Assembly: GCF_963853765.1 (NCBI RefSeq)
Contig: NC_088855.1
Location: forward strand, 36,466,205 to 36,530,204
DNA from: Magallana gigas
Taxonomy: Eukaryota
Direction: 5' to 3'
DNA: 64,000 bases
In this document: positions 24,290 to 37,211 of the stretch, piece by piece
Layout of the letters: the number at the start of each line of letters is the position of its first letter
Numbering within the stretch: the stretch's first letter is position 1
Notes under the pieces: generated by a model
What the model was told of the DNA's origin: nothing
Databases searched by the model: none
Seen by the model: the letters and a program-made list of their open reading frames with translations, nothing else
Translations under genes and position numbers: made by a program

Positions 24290-26240
24290 GTACATCTAGT
24301 TGTTTTCACTAAAAAGCACTATAGAGGAGAAAAAATTCTTAAAAATCAGTTTGTATTTTTCATGACAAAATATTCGGAGGTAATGTTATTTGTTATCTAT
24401 CTCAACAGCTAACACCATATATAGGGCAAGCGATACGGCATTTTCTCAAAATATCTAGCTCCAAACAGGTCTACCCTTAAAACCACGCGTTTTCCATTTG
24501 TATGTAAACAGACTGCACACTCCCCAGGAAGATGCTGCATGTGCCCTGAAAGAAGTAGTCCCTGTGAAAAAAGACCATCACCTAACAAAATACATGAAAT
24601 ATCCTTCTCAGTGGTACAAAAAAATTTAAAACTGAGTAAAGGAAAATGTAAAAATGCAGTCAAGGAAAAAAATAATTCTGAAGTATATATGGAACTACAA
24701 TTGACTAAGTTCTAAGTTCATTTTGATTGGTCGATTACCGGTGTGATACCTTTAGCTTTCTATAATCTACCGCAAAACGTAGTTGGCCATTTTTCTTTTT
24801 AACCATGACAACGGGACTTTGCCACATAGATGTTGACTCTTCAATGATATTGGATTTTAACATCTCCTCTAGTTGTATATTCATCACAGCATTTACTTCT
24901 GGGGACTGTCGATACAATTGCTGTCGGACAGGAAACGCATCACCAGTTTCTATGCGATGGGATTGAACAGCACAGTTGCCTAATTCTGTTTGAAAACAGA
25001 TCTATGTTTGTTGAGAAAAGCTAGAAGGACCTGTTTTTGTGAGATAAAGATCAGAGTCAGAAAGATCAAAATCTATTGGCCAACCATAAGGTGGTTGGAG
25101 GTCAGAGTGTGTATTGGATGGTTTTAGGTTGTCTAGAGATAGTACGGTATTAGGATTAACAACTGTGGCAGATGTAATGCATGTAATTGCCGACAAAGTA
25201 ATTGGGTCAGTTGTAGGATTGATGACTTGCATATAATGAATCTCGTTGTTTAGGGTATCAACTAAGCATGTACATCTAGTTGTTTTCACTAAAAAGCACT
25301 ATAGAGGAGAAAAAATTCTTAAAAATCAGTTTGTATTTTTCATGACAAAATATTCGGAGGTAATGTTATTTGTTATCTATCTCATCAGCTAACACCATAT
25401 ATAGGGCAAGCGATACGGCATTTTCTCAAAATATCTAGCTCCAAACAGGTCTACCCTTAAAACCACGCGTTTTCCATTTGTATGTAAACAGACTGCACAC
25501 TCCCCAGGAAGATGCTGCATGTGCCCTGAAAGAAGTAGTCCCTGTGAAAAAAGACCATCACCTAACAAAATACATGAAATATCCTTCTCAGTGGTACAAA
25601 AAAATTTAAAACTGAGTAAAGGAAAATGTAAAAATGCAGTCAAGGAAAAAAATAATTCTGAAGTATATATGGAACTACAATTGACTAAGTTCTAAGTTCA
25701 TTTTGATTGGTCGATTACCGGTGTGATACCTTTAGCTTTCTATAATCTACCGCAAAACGTAGTTGGCCATTTTTCTTTTTAACCATGACAACGGGACTTT
25801 GCCACATAGATGTTGACTCTTCAATGATATTGGATTTTAACATCTCCTCTAGTTGTATATTCATCACAGCATTTACTTCTGGGGACTGTCGATACAATTG
25901 CTGTCGGACAGGAAACGCATCACCAGTTTCTATGCGATGGGATTGAACAGCACAGTTGCCTAATTCTGTTTGAAAACAGATCTATGTTTGTTGAGAAAAG
26001 CTAGAAGGACCTGTTTTTGTGAGATAAAGATCAGAGTCAGAAAGATCAAAATCTATTGGCCAACCATAAGGTGGTTGGAGGTCAGAGTGTGTATTGGATG
26101 GTTTTAGGTTGTCTAGAGATAGTACGGTATTAGGATTAACAACTGTGGCAGATGTAATGCATGTAATTGCCGACAAAGTAATTGGGTCAGTTGTAGGATT
26201 GATGACTTGCATATAATGAATCTCGTTGTTTAGGGTATCA
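24290..26240. repeat. 980-bp tandem duplication (2 copies) within the retrotransposon pol region
   Basis: Identical minus ORFs occur 980 bp apart (24409-24663 = 25389-25643; 24735-24917 = 25715-25897). The junction 'actaagcatgtacatctagt' lies at about 25261-25280. Confidence 0.9.
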
Positions 26241-26482
26241 ACTAAGCATTTGGCTCCTGCACGGCCTAACTTAGAAAGTTGTGAGAGTTCCAACAGAACA
26301 TGAGCACTTCTTAATGAACTTGAGATAAATACCTCAATTGCCATTACACACCCAGGATTGACAGTGACTGTTTGACAAACTCTAGCAAGACCTGAATTAA
26401 TGTCAACTGCAAGGACATGGTTAGAAATAGGGTCCGTAAGAGAGAGAGAGTATGTGTGTTCTGTGCAGTGCTAAGAACAGCA

Positions 26483-26797
26483 TCATTTGCTCTTAAAAGA
26501 TCTAAGTTTCAAAAAAAGAGGTTGATGGATTTTGTCAAAAACCTGAAAATCATGTGTAAAAACAAAACCATCAAAACAAATGGGCAAGGATAGAACACCA
26601 AGACTGCGATGGACTTTACCTTCAACAGCGACCGCATCAGTTGCATTAGTTGATTGAATTGAACTCTTGTCTATCCCTAGCCTAGTCACAAGAGAGGATG
26701 TAATACATAAGAAAGATGCACCTGTATCAACCAATGCACGCATGGGAGTATCATAGATATCAACACTAACAGTGTTTCTCATGATAGGCATAATCAA
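26483..26797 (-). CDS. Retropepsin (aspartic protease) domain of the gypsy-like element
   Basis: 104-aa ORF with 'ALVDTGASFLCI' (DTGA active-site motif) and a downstream hydrophobic flap region. Confidence 0.7.
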   Translation of the reverse strand: MIMPIMRNTVSVDIYDTPMRALVDTGASFLCITSSLVTRLGIDKSSIQSTNATDAVAVEGKVHRSLGVLSLPICFDGFVFTHDFQVFDKIHQPLFLKLRSFKSK

Positions 26798-27211
26798 TTA
26801 ACCGAACTGTGCGATTTGGCTGTAATACTGAGCTTGGGTTGAAGCGATGGGTAGGTTTTAATGAGGAGCGGGGGGCTTGGTTAGAGGGACTGATCTGACG
26901 GCAAGTGTTAGTCGATCTAAGCGTACTATGCATACACTGAGGTTTTAGTGAGGATGCTGTAAGTTAGGTACCAATTCCAGGAAAGGATAGGCGTTTTACC
27001 TAGCATTATGAATTGTGGTGTGACATTAAGGAGTGGTTGTGGGATTGTGTGTTAGGCATGTGTGGAATTTGTCCTTGTAGGCTGGTAGGAGGTTCATCGC
27101 AGTTTTGGTGTTATCCAACCACCACATGCACACTGAAGCAAAATGACGCCATCTGAAACATCTTTAGCATTTACATTAAAATCAGGACAAGTAGAGCTAT
27201 GTTAACAAAAC

Positions 27212-28307
27212 TTACCACATCCCTCGCAGACTCGGTTTGCTCAATGATACTGTCTCACTCGGGGGATGTGTCCATTGTTGGTTGCTAAGGGCCACTGCTA
27301 TGCTGAGGGCTGGACCTGGGGTTACACTGGGGGCTGCTGTTAGTAAGAGGAAGGTTGAAGGGCGAAATTTGTTTGGCACACTGGCATACTGTATCCGGAT
27401 TGTGGGGTTGTGTTCAATGGTTCTGGCTGACCGTTCTTTGATTGGCAAATTACTCTGTGTTAAAGCACTCATTTCAGCTTTCAAGGAGTCCTTCAGCTGA
27501 GCAGCTAATGCTATCAGAGTTAAATTGTTCATATCTTCTGTGGTGTTGCATTTTAGTAATGCTTTAGCTAGGAACACTGCATGGTGTAGTTCCTGAAAAA
27601 TTTTAGGCTCTTTAGATATCACTTTCGCCTTCTCCTGGTTTTCCAGTCCTTGGATGGCGAATTGGATTTTGTATATTTTGGGAAAATCATTGCCAAGGGC
27701 GGTTTTTTCTGCCCTATACAAGTAAACATCAGTAGTTTCCCCTGCTTCTTGTCTAATGGACAAGAGGGTAAAGTTTGTTTCCTGAGGGGCGAATCTTTTT
27801 TCAGGCACTCTTTAAACTCAGTTAACTCTTTAAACTCAGTTAAGTTGTTTCTCAGTCGTGGTGACAAGGTCTGTAGCCAGGTTTGAGCTTGGCCTTCTAA
27901 ACTGCATCCAATCGTTAAAAGTGCAGCAGCATCTGCCACGTTATGAATATCTGTCAACTGTTTAAGTGGGACAATCAGAAGTGGACATTTTCACTACCAC
28001 TAAACTTCTTTAAATTTGTTCCAGTGGCCATATTCACAATAATTCTTTCACTGTTTTCTATGTGATTTTCGGTAAAGTTTTCTGTATTTTGTTCGTGGGA
28101 TGGGTTGTTTTCATTTGAAGATGCAGATCTTTCAGTATTTTGTTCGTCGGGTGTGTTGTTTTTATTTGAGGTTGCAGAGTTTACTGTATTTTGTTCCTCG
28201 TATGTGTTGTTTTCACTTGCTAGTATATTATGTTCTTCGCTTGGTATTTGGCTTTCAGTGAATAGAAGGTTGACTTGAGCTGGATTGCTGTGAGTCGGAA
28301 GATTCAT
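27212..28307 (-). pseudogene. Gag-like region of the gypsy-like element (three overlapping frames, frameshifted)
   Basis: Minus ORFs 27975-28307 (N-terminal, with EQNT-type repeats), 27619-27957 and 27212-27808. They occupy different frames, implying at least two frameshifts. Confidence 0.55.
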
Positions 28308-29673
28308 CTTTTTGTTGGCTATCTCTCAATTAGTACAGTACCCGCAACGTTATTTTTTACAATCCTATCCTATCGTATCGTGTATCAATCCTATTGTATC
28401 GTTCGTGTATACGGTTCTATCGTGCGTTAATCCTATCTTATCATGCATTAATCCTATCAGGTTTATTGTTCAATTTTCACAGCTTTTCCGTTTACCCTAT
28501 CGTGTTAATCGTTTCGTGCCTTTTCATAAGCAAGTAAATTTATTTCAAAGCAAGTCGTTCAGTGCGGCGTATACGAAAATTTATCTAACAAGAATTGTAA
28601 AATCCTATCCAGCATTCTAATACTAATTTCCTAAGTATTTAGATCAAAATTTAGATAAAAAAAATTAACCAATATTACATGTAAATCGTATCTGTAAGCA
28701 TTGGAATTGAAAAATTAATGTAATTAATCTGTCGAAGTTCTTAGGCACCCCTGCGAATGTTATGGTCATTTAAATTTTAGACCACGTGGTTTTATTTGAC
28801 CCTTTCAGTTTCGCAGTAAAAATCGTGCCTCGTGTTTATGGTCTATTTCATAGAATCTAGGTATTTGTAATCAAATATACATGTAAAATCTAGAGGTTTA
28901 TGAATTTTAAACTTTATCTTCATCAATTGGTGGATAAAATGTGTTCTAGAAATAAATGTGACAATACAAAAAATAGTTTTTGTCTGCTGTTGCAACAATT
29001 AACATGCTATAACAGAGATCCCCTATAGGATTAATTTTCGATCCGCGCCTGACCGAGTAATAGCATCAATAGTGAAACATTTTATGCAGAATGTTCCTTG
29101 AAAATGGCTCAATATACATAGGTTTTTATGCAAAACAGACACCCATTATTTTTCTAAAAACATCGTATTGCAGACCACAAGCATCAAACATTGCTATGAT
29201 TTTATTAAGCAACCCAATGTTTATATTTTCAACCACTCTACACGTGGTTGAACACGAACGATAACTCTGTTCTGAATATCATCGTTTTATATAAATGATC
29301 GCTAGGTGGTGAAATAAGACATACATCTTTAAAGATTTTCATGTTTTAACATAAATCAAAGAAGGATATGATATGAAAAACGACCAGTACTTACGTATTT
29401 TGAGAATATTATCCGAACACTGATACTTCCGCTCGAAATTTCACAGGAACTGAACAAATCTCGGTGAGGTCTCGTGAACTTTCATTTGAGCACCTCTGGA
29501 TTTATTACATAATTAGCAACGATAAAAAAAACATTCCGAACACATTCGCAGGGGTGTTAGGAACAATATTACATATTACCTGTATATCGAATATATTAAA
29601 TCGTACGCGGAGTGTATACTTGCGTAAACATTTAACTTTTATGGAATATAATCGAAAGGTAAATTGAAAGGTA

Positions 29674-29892
29674 AGTTCTGATTGGTCAATAATGAAATAA
29701 ATTCTTTAATTTCTTATCGATAATTGTCAATCTTCTTCATTATTCTCGCATTTCATTGTTGAAAGGCCAAACTACCCAGTATCTATATGCATAACTCCTT
29801 TCAAACATTTGATACATACTCACCATAAATTATTATCAGTTTCGCCACCTTATTGACGAGCAGATTTATTTTATTATTAACCAATCAGAACT
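29674..29892. mobile_element. 219-bp MITE with about 28-bp TIRs and TA target-site duplication (Tc1/mariner-Stowaway-like)
   Basis: Left 'agttctgattggtcaataatgaaataaat'. Right end reverse-complements to 'agttctgattggttaataataaaataaat'. Flanked by TA at 29672-29673 and 29893-29894. Confidence 0.6.
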
Positions 29893-30859
29893 TATCTTTC
29901 GATTCACTGCGATTAAACCGGATGTAATCAGTCTAGCGAAATTCTTAGGCACTTAGATGTATAAAAACACCTTTTTCTTCGACGTAACAGCATTGGAGCG
30001 GAACGAATGTATACATATGTCGTAAGTAAAGTATACTTGTACGATTTATCGCGAAATTTCGTTTGAGGAACGCCCAGACTTCGTCAAACCCGATTTCGCC
30101 CCAAAAAGAGTGTCCTACCCTTACTTTTTTATACATGCACATGCAATACATTTACAATAACTTCCAGGGCCCTTGTGTTAGGTAATGAAAACAGTGTTAA
30201 CGATACACAAAAGAAGGTGTTGCAGTTCCTATGATAATTTTCCCTAAAGGAGTTGCACATAAAATAGAAAAATCAAAGTAACAGAATTCGATGTAAATCT
30301 TTTTTTATGCAACCTTCTACATAAAGCAGTGTAGAATTTTATTTGGAAAGTTTGTACTAACTTATTTAAGACCATGAAATAAATACACAGACAAATGTGG
30401 CAGAAGTCACGCTATATAAAAGGGGGATCCTCATCAATATGAAAAAAATGCCTCCTTGAAACAAAATTAATTTAATCTTAACGTTTAGAGTAAGACAATT
30501 TCTTGAAAACTGATATTTCCGATTTTTGTTTCAAAGAGGCATATTTTTCATAAATCTTACTTTTGGAAAAGAAATCATTAATACCTTTGAAATCTAAAAT
30601 CGATGTATAAATTTTCCCTCCTTAATTCATGTCTAGATTAGTCGAGTGGTAACGCAGTCCCGCTGTTTTGCAACACCTTCTTTATTGATCATTTAAGCTA
30701 ATAATTTTAGTTAAAAAAATTTACTGGTCATATTTATGCATTCTATAAATGATGCAGCGATGGTTAACAACTCGGTAATTGTTACTAAAAAGAAATTCCA
30801 CGTAAATCTTTATTTGTACGTGTTTTTTTCTCAAATTCTGCCAGTATCAGTTTATTTGC

Positions 30860-31775
30860 ATCTTCCCTAGCCAAGGGTTTTCGGTCCACTTTGCTCCCCA
30901 TAAACAATGGCGGATTTCATTACGAAAACTCGGTAACAAGCTCCGTTTTATGATTGGTTGCAGCTGCGAGTACCTGATCCAATCGCAGTGCTTGTAAATA
31001 TAAACTTAAAAAGAAAACACATGTGTGATCTTTTGTAAAACATTCGGTGCTTTTAACAAGTTGAGACACAAGTTCTCGAGTACAGTGCTTCCCCAACGAT
31101 GGTCTTACCAGGTCGCCTTAAAAACCTATATATTTTACTGGGATTGAACATAGTTCTACAAACTTGTCAAGGCTCGCGTGCATACTACCCATAGTCCTCT
31201 GCGTCTCCGCACACAGAGACATTTGGTTTGGTACAAACGAACTCTGGCGGAAGTTTGGTACAAACGAACTCTGGCGGAAGTTTGGGCTCGCGTGATCAGC
31301 ATGGGAACTAAACATGGCGAATGTAGAAGTTGCCTATCCTGTTAGTATATACGTTCCTGCTTATAGTTATTGCTTTTAAAGGTTCAATGAGCTTTGTTTT
31401 ATTTAATTTCTTTGGTCCGCAATTTTCACGACAACGATACCTGGTTTTATGGCATGAAAGCTTTCATATAAATCGGCGACTTTCTCACTCCCGGTCCTCC
31501 GGTCCTTACAAAACACTATGAAGAAAACATTTCGTGCTTTCCATAGGTTCGTATTTAATAGCATCGTACATTCGGTAGTCAACATGTTTTTAAGTTGTAT
31601 TAATGCTATAGTGTGTATATAACCCGTTGTTTGATTCGATTAAAATGTAAACATGCAAGGGGCGCAACTCGAGTTGCTCGCTAGATAGCGCCACCACATC
31701 ACCGAGTTTTCGTTATGAAATTCGCCAAGGGTTTACGGGTAGCAAAGTGGACTGAAAACCCTTGGCTAGCGAAGA
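30860..31775. mobile_element. About 915-bp element with 75-85-bp terminal inverted repeats (foldback/MITE-like), nested inside the 3.66-kb element
   Basis: 30860-30935 'tagccaagggttttcggtccactttgctccccataaacaatggcggatttcattacgaaaactcggt' is about 85% identical to the reverse complement of 31701-31775. The interior has a 26-bp tandem duplication (31234-31285). Confidence 0.5.
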
Positions 31776-32666
31776 AAATGGTTTATTTGTGAAGATCGTG
31801 AAAAGATCATGAACATCGTTTATCCTTTCCTATCGTGTATCAATCCTATCCTATCGTGCGTGTATACTGTTCTACCGTGCGTTAATCTTATCCTATCGTG
31901 CGTGTATACATTTCTATCGTGCGTTAATCCTATCATATCGTGCGTGAATCCTATCCTATCTTTTATCTTGTAAAAATAACGTTGCGGGCACTGTACATGT
32001 AGTTTATTGGTCTGCTCTTCATTGGGATCTTTGAGGAGACATTCACCAACTCGTCATATTGGAATTGGGGGAATTGAAACCAATAATATCATCAAGTATT
32101 CTTTGTATACAGTTTTGCCAACAAGTTTTTCCATATTTCCTGCAAGTTTTTCATCCTCTAAATAATTAATTTGAAAAGAATACATTATGATAACATTTTT
32201 TGTTTGTTATCCTTAACTAAAAGAATCTATATGTACAAGTTAAAGATAATTATTTCTATTTACAATGAGAAATATTAACGCTGATATATGTTTAATCGAA
32301 TCGAACCAAAAAAAAAACGAACCGTAGCTTATGATGTCAAAAAAGTAGGATTCCTTTATTTAATATTTAATGTATTGTCAAATCTAGGAGTTTTACAATA
32401 TTTTTAACAAGTTTCATATCTAATTAAAATTTTCAAAAAGGAATGATACAAGAACTATTGTTCAAGTGAGCGATGTGGCCCATGGGCGTCTTGTTTGAAA
32501 ATACAAGCTGACATTTGTTAAGTTTGTAAATAATTTATAAAACGATCCATATCTAATTTGATTTTAAAAAAAATTAATTAAGATATTTAAATCGGTGATT
32601 AAGGGAAACAGATAATATTGAAATCAATAATAATTAAACAGAGCAAGTTGGAAGTAAATTGTCCAT

Positions 32667-34718
32667 TCACAGTGCCAATTTGGCAAACTTGCTGATGAGC
32701 TCTTCCACAGATGAGTCTTCTGGGATCATTCTTCTCTTCTTGATAGAGCTTTTTGCGGATTGTCTGTGATGTTTACGTTTGTGAGTGGCCTGAAAATGAG
32801 AAAAATAGATGGAAAAAAAGAACATTAGCACTAAGGTGTGATTATTACATGTGGTATTTGAAAGTGATTTCATCAATATGATCTTTTGTACACAATAAAA
32901 GAGATATAGAAGTAGCTGCGTACACGTCCGGCTTTATCGGTGTTCTTGTTGCTTGAACACGCCACGTCTGCTGTCACAGAGGAAATAGTCTTTGTACACT
33001 TTATCTGGCAAAAAAAATAAAAAAACAATAACATAATATATGAAGCAAAAGCTACATTCAACAAGAATAAACTTTAATAACCTATTAGACGCAATGAATG
33101 GCGGCATACCTTTTTGGTTTTGGTGGTGGTACATGTACTCTCACTCCGCGACAAGCTGGGAGGTGCCACCAAAACAGGTAAAGGGGCTACGGGGATCTGT
33201 CAAAATAGTTATGCATAAAGTTTAACTGAAAGATTGAAAACGACATGGAATTTTAATTTCAAGCAATTGCGATGCAAATCATAGTATTCAGTTTACTGTT
33301 AATAACATAGGAAACCAAACCAGGTCCACTTACGTCTTTTTCGGGTTTCTTGCTTTTGTTGTCCTCTCCGCCGGATTTTTTATATGGCTTTTTCCTTGCT
33401 CCTTTCATGCAGGGTTTTCCTCTCTTTGAGGGTTTAGGTGTAAGGTCTACTTCTACCGCCTTTGTCTTGGTTTCTTCGATGTTAGGACACTATCAACAAA
33501 TTACTGGAACTTTCAGGCACGTTGCATCGGGAAAAAGGAGCAGGGGAGAGGGCAGCCCCCCCCCCCCTCCCCAAAATTTTTCATAGCAGACATTTTTCTT
33601 AGATTTACATATTAAAGGTTGAAGTAAAATGAAGTTCCACCCCCACCCCACATTTGTGGAACCATAAGGAATTGAACAGTAAAATTGAATTTACAAGAGT
33701 CCTTTCCGATATATTTTATTTTATCACAAGGAATACTACCCCCCCCCCCCCCCGGATTAAGATTTCTATTGTGGATGAGGTTGCCCCCCCCCCCCCCCCC
33801 CACCCAACATTCAAAACCGATGCTACGTGCCCGACTTTTATTTACCCTGTTTGTAATATATATCTAACCACGGTCGGAGTGTTAGAATAACATAGTCCAT
33901 TACTTACGGAGTTTCTTATTGTTTTCAGCATAACCGAAATCTGCTCTTCCAAAGCCTGGAAAATGATTTTAATAAAATTAGATTTTAATTCAACCAAATG
34001 GAGTTCTTACAGCTTTGTAAAATTGAATTAAAAAATAAAACCAACCTTTAAAGGGGAGCAACTCTGCTGAGTTGTCTTCTTCTGTGGGACTCTATCTTTT
34101 GGCTGCATCTACAAAGAACCTAACTATTAATTCGGGATTCCATGCCAAGTGACATTAAAAGATTTTACGTCTGTAAGCAAATACATGCATTAGTAAATAC
34201 AAATCCAAACCAGATAACCCGAGATTTGAAAAGGTTATTTAAATTTTTGAAATATTTCAAACAATTCAAGACTACTGAGTATATGAATTATGCATTTCTG
34301 ACAAGACAATATTCCAAAAATAGGTCATTTACAGCAAAGAAATAATAATGCAACATAATTTGGCTCCTAAAAATATGTACCTGGAGTCGCCAAGGTTTTT
34401 TCTTGCTTTTAGCAGCAGTTGTCGTGATCTATATTAAAAACAATATATAGACGAATTATTCATCTATTAACTGATTAGCGGAAAATTAGCGGAAGTTACG
34501 TATTAATACATGTAACATGTTTCTAAAATATTCGTGAAAAAAGACAGGGCTGTTCTATAGATCATATAAAACTCAAACCAATATTTACAAAGCGTTGCGA
34601 TTTTAAAAAAAAATGTTACCTTGTCTCTATCCACTGACTCAAGTGTTGCAGGAGGCCGGCGAATCGCCATTCTCTTCACGGCCCTGCAGCACTCCTCTAA
34701 CTCTAAATCGTCAATGCT
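32667..34718 (-). CDS. Multi-exon gene for a lysine-rich, probably nuclear, protein of unknown identity. Minus-strand exons 34718-34620, 34428-34381, 34108-34046, 33955-33908, 33489-33334, optional 33004-32966, and 32789-32667 (stop). The 5' end is not found.
   Basis: Every exon is bounded by a polypyrimidine-AG acceptor and a GT donor on the minus strand (for example 'ttttctcattttcag|GCC', 'tcattttccag|GCT', 'GAC|gtaagt', 'TCC|gtaagt'). All exons are multiples of 3 and join into one open frame: SIDDLELEECCRAVKRMAIRRPPATLESVDRDK / ITTTAAKSKKKPWRLQ / MQPKDRVPQKKTTQQSCSPLK / ALEEQISVMLKTIRNS / CPNIEETKTKAVEVDLTPKPSKRGKPCMKGARKKPYKKSGGEDNKSKKPEKD / (IKCTKTISSVTAD) / ATHKRKHHRQSAKSSIKKRRMIPEDSSVEELISKFAKLAL*. 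No homolog recognised from memory. Confidence 0.4.
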
Positions 34719-35942
34719 CTGAAAGTTGATACAATATTTAGATAAGACTTATGCAGTAATAAGAAAAAAGTCGCTTTATGTGAAGACCTACTGAATTGTA
34801 AGAAAGCTATCAAACCTGAAACTCGACAAAAATGACTACCAAATTAAAAAGACAAATGTATAATTCTTTAAATGTACATCCTTCAGTTTTTAATCGCTTA
34901 TTTAAATCTAAATGAAGGATGTTGTTTATTGTCAATCTATAGCAGTTCCACGGATATATAAAGACAGAGAGCAAATAAATGTACAAAATCAATGTACCTT
35001 ACAAATCAAAATGATCTCTTTAGTTAAAAATACTTCTATATCCCATTATTGTTTTTTAATATGACACGTGGAAAGTCTGGCGGACGTTATGCAAGAGCAA
35101 AGAGGGTATATGTCATACTAACAATAATGCACAGTATATGGACTAAAGAACTGGGTACGCTAAGTATAACATATCGGCCCTGTCGAAATGTGAAAAATCA
35201 AACACATGATATCTTTAAAATGTTCGCCGGAATAATTCATGCAGGACACCCCATGCATGAAAGTAACTTTCGTTGGCTAAAATTCACGTGCGTTTGGTAA
35301 TTGTAAACTCCGAAACCGGACCTTGTTTACGGATTTTGTAAAATATATGGGTTTTTGTAATGTTTGATCTGATATTTCTATAAGGCCGCATTCGAGTACA
35401 TACACCAATCTTTCAGTATAGCACAATTTTAGACTGCTTATTAACATAGAAACGTAAAAAAATATGTAGAAGACTGCGGCCACTTTCGTTTTTTATTTTT
35501 TTCTATTATCAAGATGCACAAAAAATGAATGTTTTCATTGGTTAGCTAAGACGTAAGATGAGTTTCTTTAATATGAAAATGCCTAAATAAATACTTGACT
35601 GTAAAAATAGACTTATGTTGGCAATTGACTTTAATTAAAGAAAAATAAAACCGTTCCATGGAAAAATTGGAGTATTTTTATTAGTTTATTAGTCCTTAGA
35701 CACAGTGTATTTGAATTACTCACAATTACATACCGTGTATTGCAGATAAAATGGTCAACATTGTTGTGTAGTAAAAACAAATATACAATATTGATTTCAG
35801 GATGGATATAAGAAGAAATATTTTTTTTAAATAACCTCAACATGTCTTATAATTTGCTGTGTAATGAATATAAAGTTATCTGTGTGTCGTTGTACTCTAC
35901 ATAAATGACGTAACAAGTGTAAACAAATGACGTCATAAAGTA

Positions 35943-35945
<3 letters not shown>

Positions 35946-35993
<48 letters not shown>

Positions 35994-35998
35994 TTTAT
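35946..35998. repeat. (GA)n microsatellite, about 26 units
   Basis: Direct reading. Confidence 0.95.
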
Positions 35999-37211
35999 AC
36001 AGATACATTTAAAATTTCAAAACAGTTTTATTATCAAATCAGAAGTCAGATTCAAAACATTATATTTGTGTAGATTTATATATTTGGTACAAAGTTATTA
36101 GAAATATATACTAGTAAATCAGACACTGAATGTTTGCTGATCCTGTTGAAGTAATTAAAACAAACTTTAAAAAAATATTTTCACAAGAAAAATATAATAA
36201 TAGTCATCATATTCCTATATGCATGCATTTTAAGCGCCCAGTATATTTACTAGTACATGGATGTCATTAGTCTCTGTAACGGGACATGTGTCGAGGGGTT
36301 AGTCGCGTACATATTCTACAGTATTTAAAAAAATACAACATTTTGCGTAAGAATGTAGGAAGTCAAAACTAATGATAGATCTAGCTGTGTTTAGCTTTTT
36401 AAATGATAACTTTAATTCTAGAAAATACATTAAATACTTTTTTTTACATCGTTCACGGATGTCTTGCGTTAATTATTTCTTGATAGATCTAAACTATCTA
36501 TTACGGTAGAATGTTGGTAATAATTGGTGTTGGGTTATCATTATTAACAAAAAACAATCAGTTCAGATTAAAACATTGTCAAATATAAATTCATGTCGCT
36601 GTAATATATACTGGAGGAATTAAATCGCCGCACAGGGGTATGTCCCGATTTTTTATCAATTGATCGATTTCATTCATCTTGAAAAGATATAACTCGCGTG
36701 TCTTACTAAATGTACATTAATCAATTAGTAGTCAAGTGTGCATAGTGTTTCTTCGATAAATTTCTCCTAAAACATTCAATCTAAAATATATATAGTTGTT
36801 ACAAAACAAATGTAAAAAAAAAATCATTTGACCCCCTCCCAATGGATTTATTCAAAACATTGGAGATCTAATCCTTTTAGTGTTGGGTAATTTAAAAGCA
36901 GGTTTTCGCGCGATAACTTCACATGAATTCATAATGTTTGCGTGCCGATTAGTGGACGGGATCATGAGAGTACCCCAGAGCACACCGTGTGTACACATGC
37001 AGCTTTATAAATATTTGAATAACAAAAACTGTTTCTATTACTTTCCTATCGTTGAAAATGACAAAAAGGCCTTTGATATAACAAATACAATTTAACTGCT
37101 TTATCTTTCAAGCTTACATGCAATTATTTGATACATGTACACTTCAAAATAATTTGAAATAATGAAATAAATAAATTTCAAATAATATACATGTACATGC
37201 TCCAGCTATTA

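Larger units (their letters stand above)
22700..28307 (-). mobile_element. Degenerate Ty3/gypsy-like LTR-retrotransposon internal region (gag, protease, RT), 3'-truncated, interrupted by a nested MITE and a 980-bp tandem duplication
   Basis: Order on the minus strand: gag ORFs 28307-27212; retropepsin 'ALVDTGAS' at 26797-26483; RT N-terminus 'SPVVMVKKKNGQLRFAVDYRKLK' at 25897-25715, duplicated at 24917-24735; RT core 'ISKAQLFSTLDLASGFWQIPM...YQWKRLPFCLVNAPASFQALM...CLVYVEDILVFS' at 23296-22700. No RNase H or integrase follows. Confidence 0.7.
28334..31997. mobile_element. Approximately 3.66-kb TIR-bounded composite non-autonomous element (29/31-bp terminal inverted repeats) with direct sub-terminal 'cctatcgtgcgttaatcctatc' repeats and nested smaller elements
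   Basis: 28334-28362 'gtacagtacccgcaacgttattttttacaa' versus 31969-31997 'ttgtaaaaataacgttgcgggcactgtac' (reverse complement). Sub-terminal repeat blocks 28363-28470 and 31820-31965 are homologous but in direct orientation. No transposase ORF is seen. Its left end is 27 bp from the gag start codon of the neighbouring retrotransposon. Confidence 0.4.

Noticed and set aside
27237-27886. Plus-strand ORFs antisense to the gag region
   Set aside because: Antisense shadow ORFs of the minus-strand gag. No independent support.
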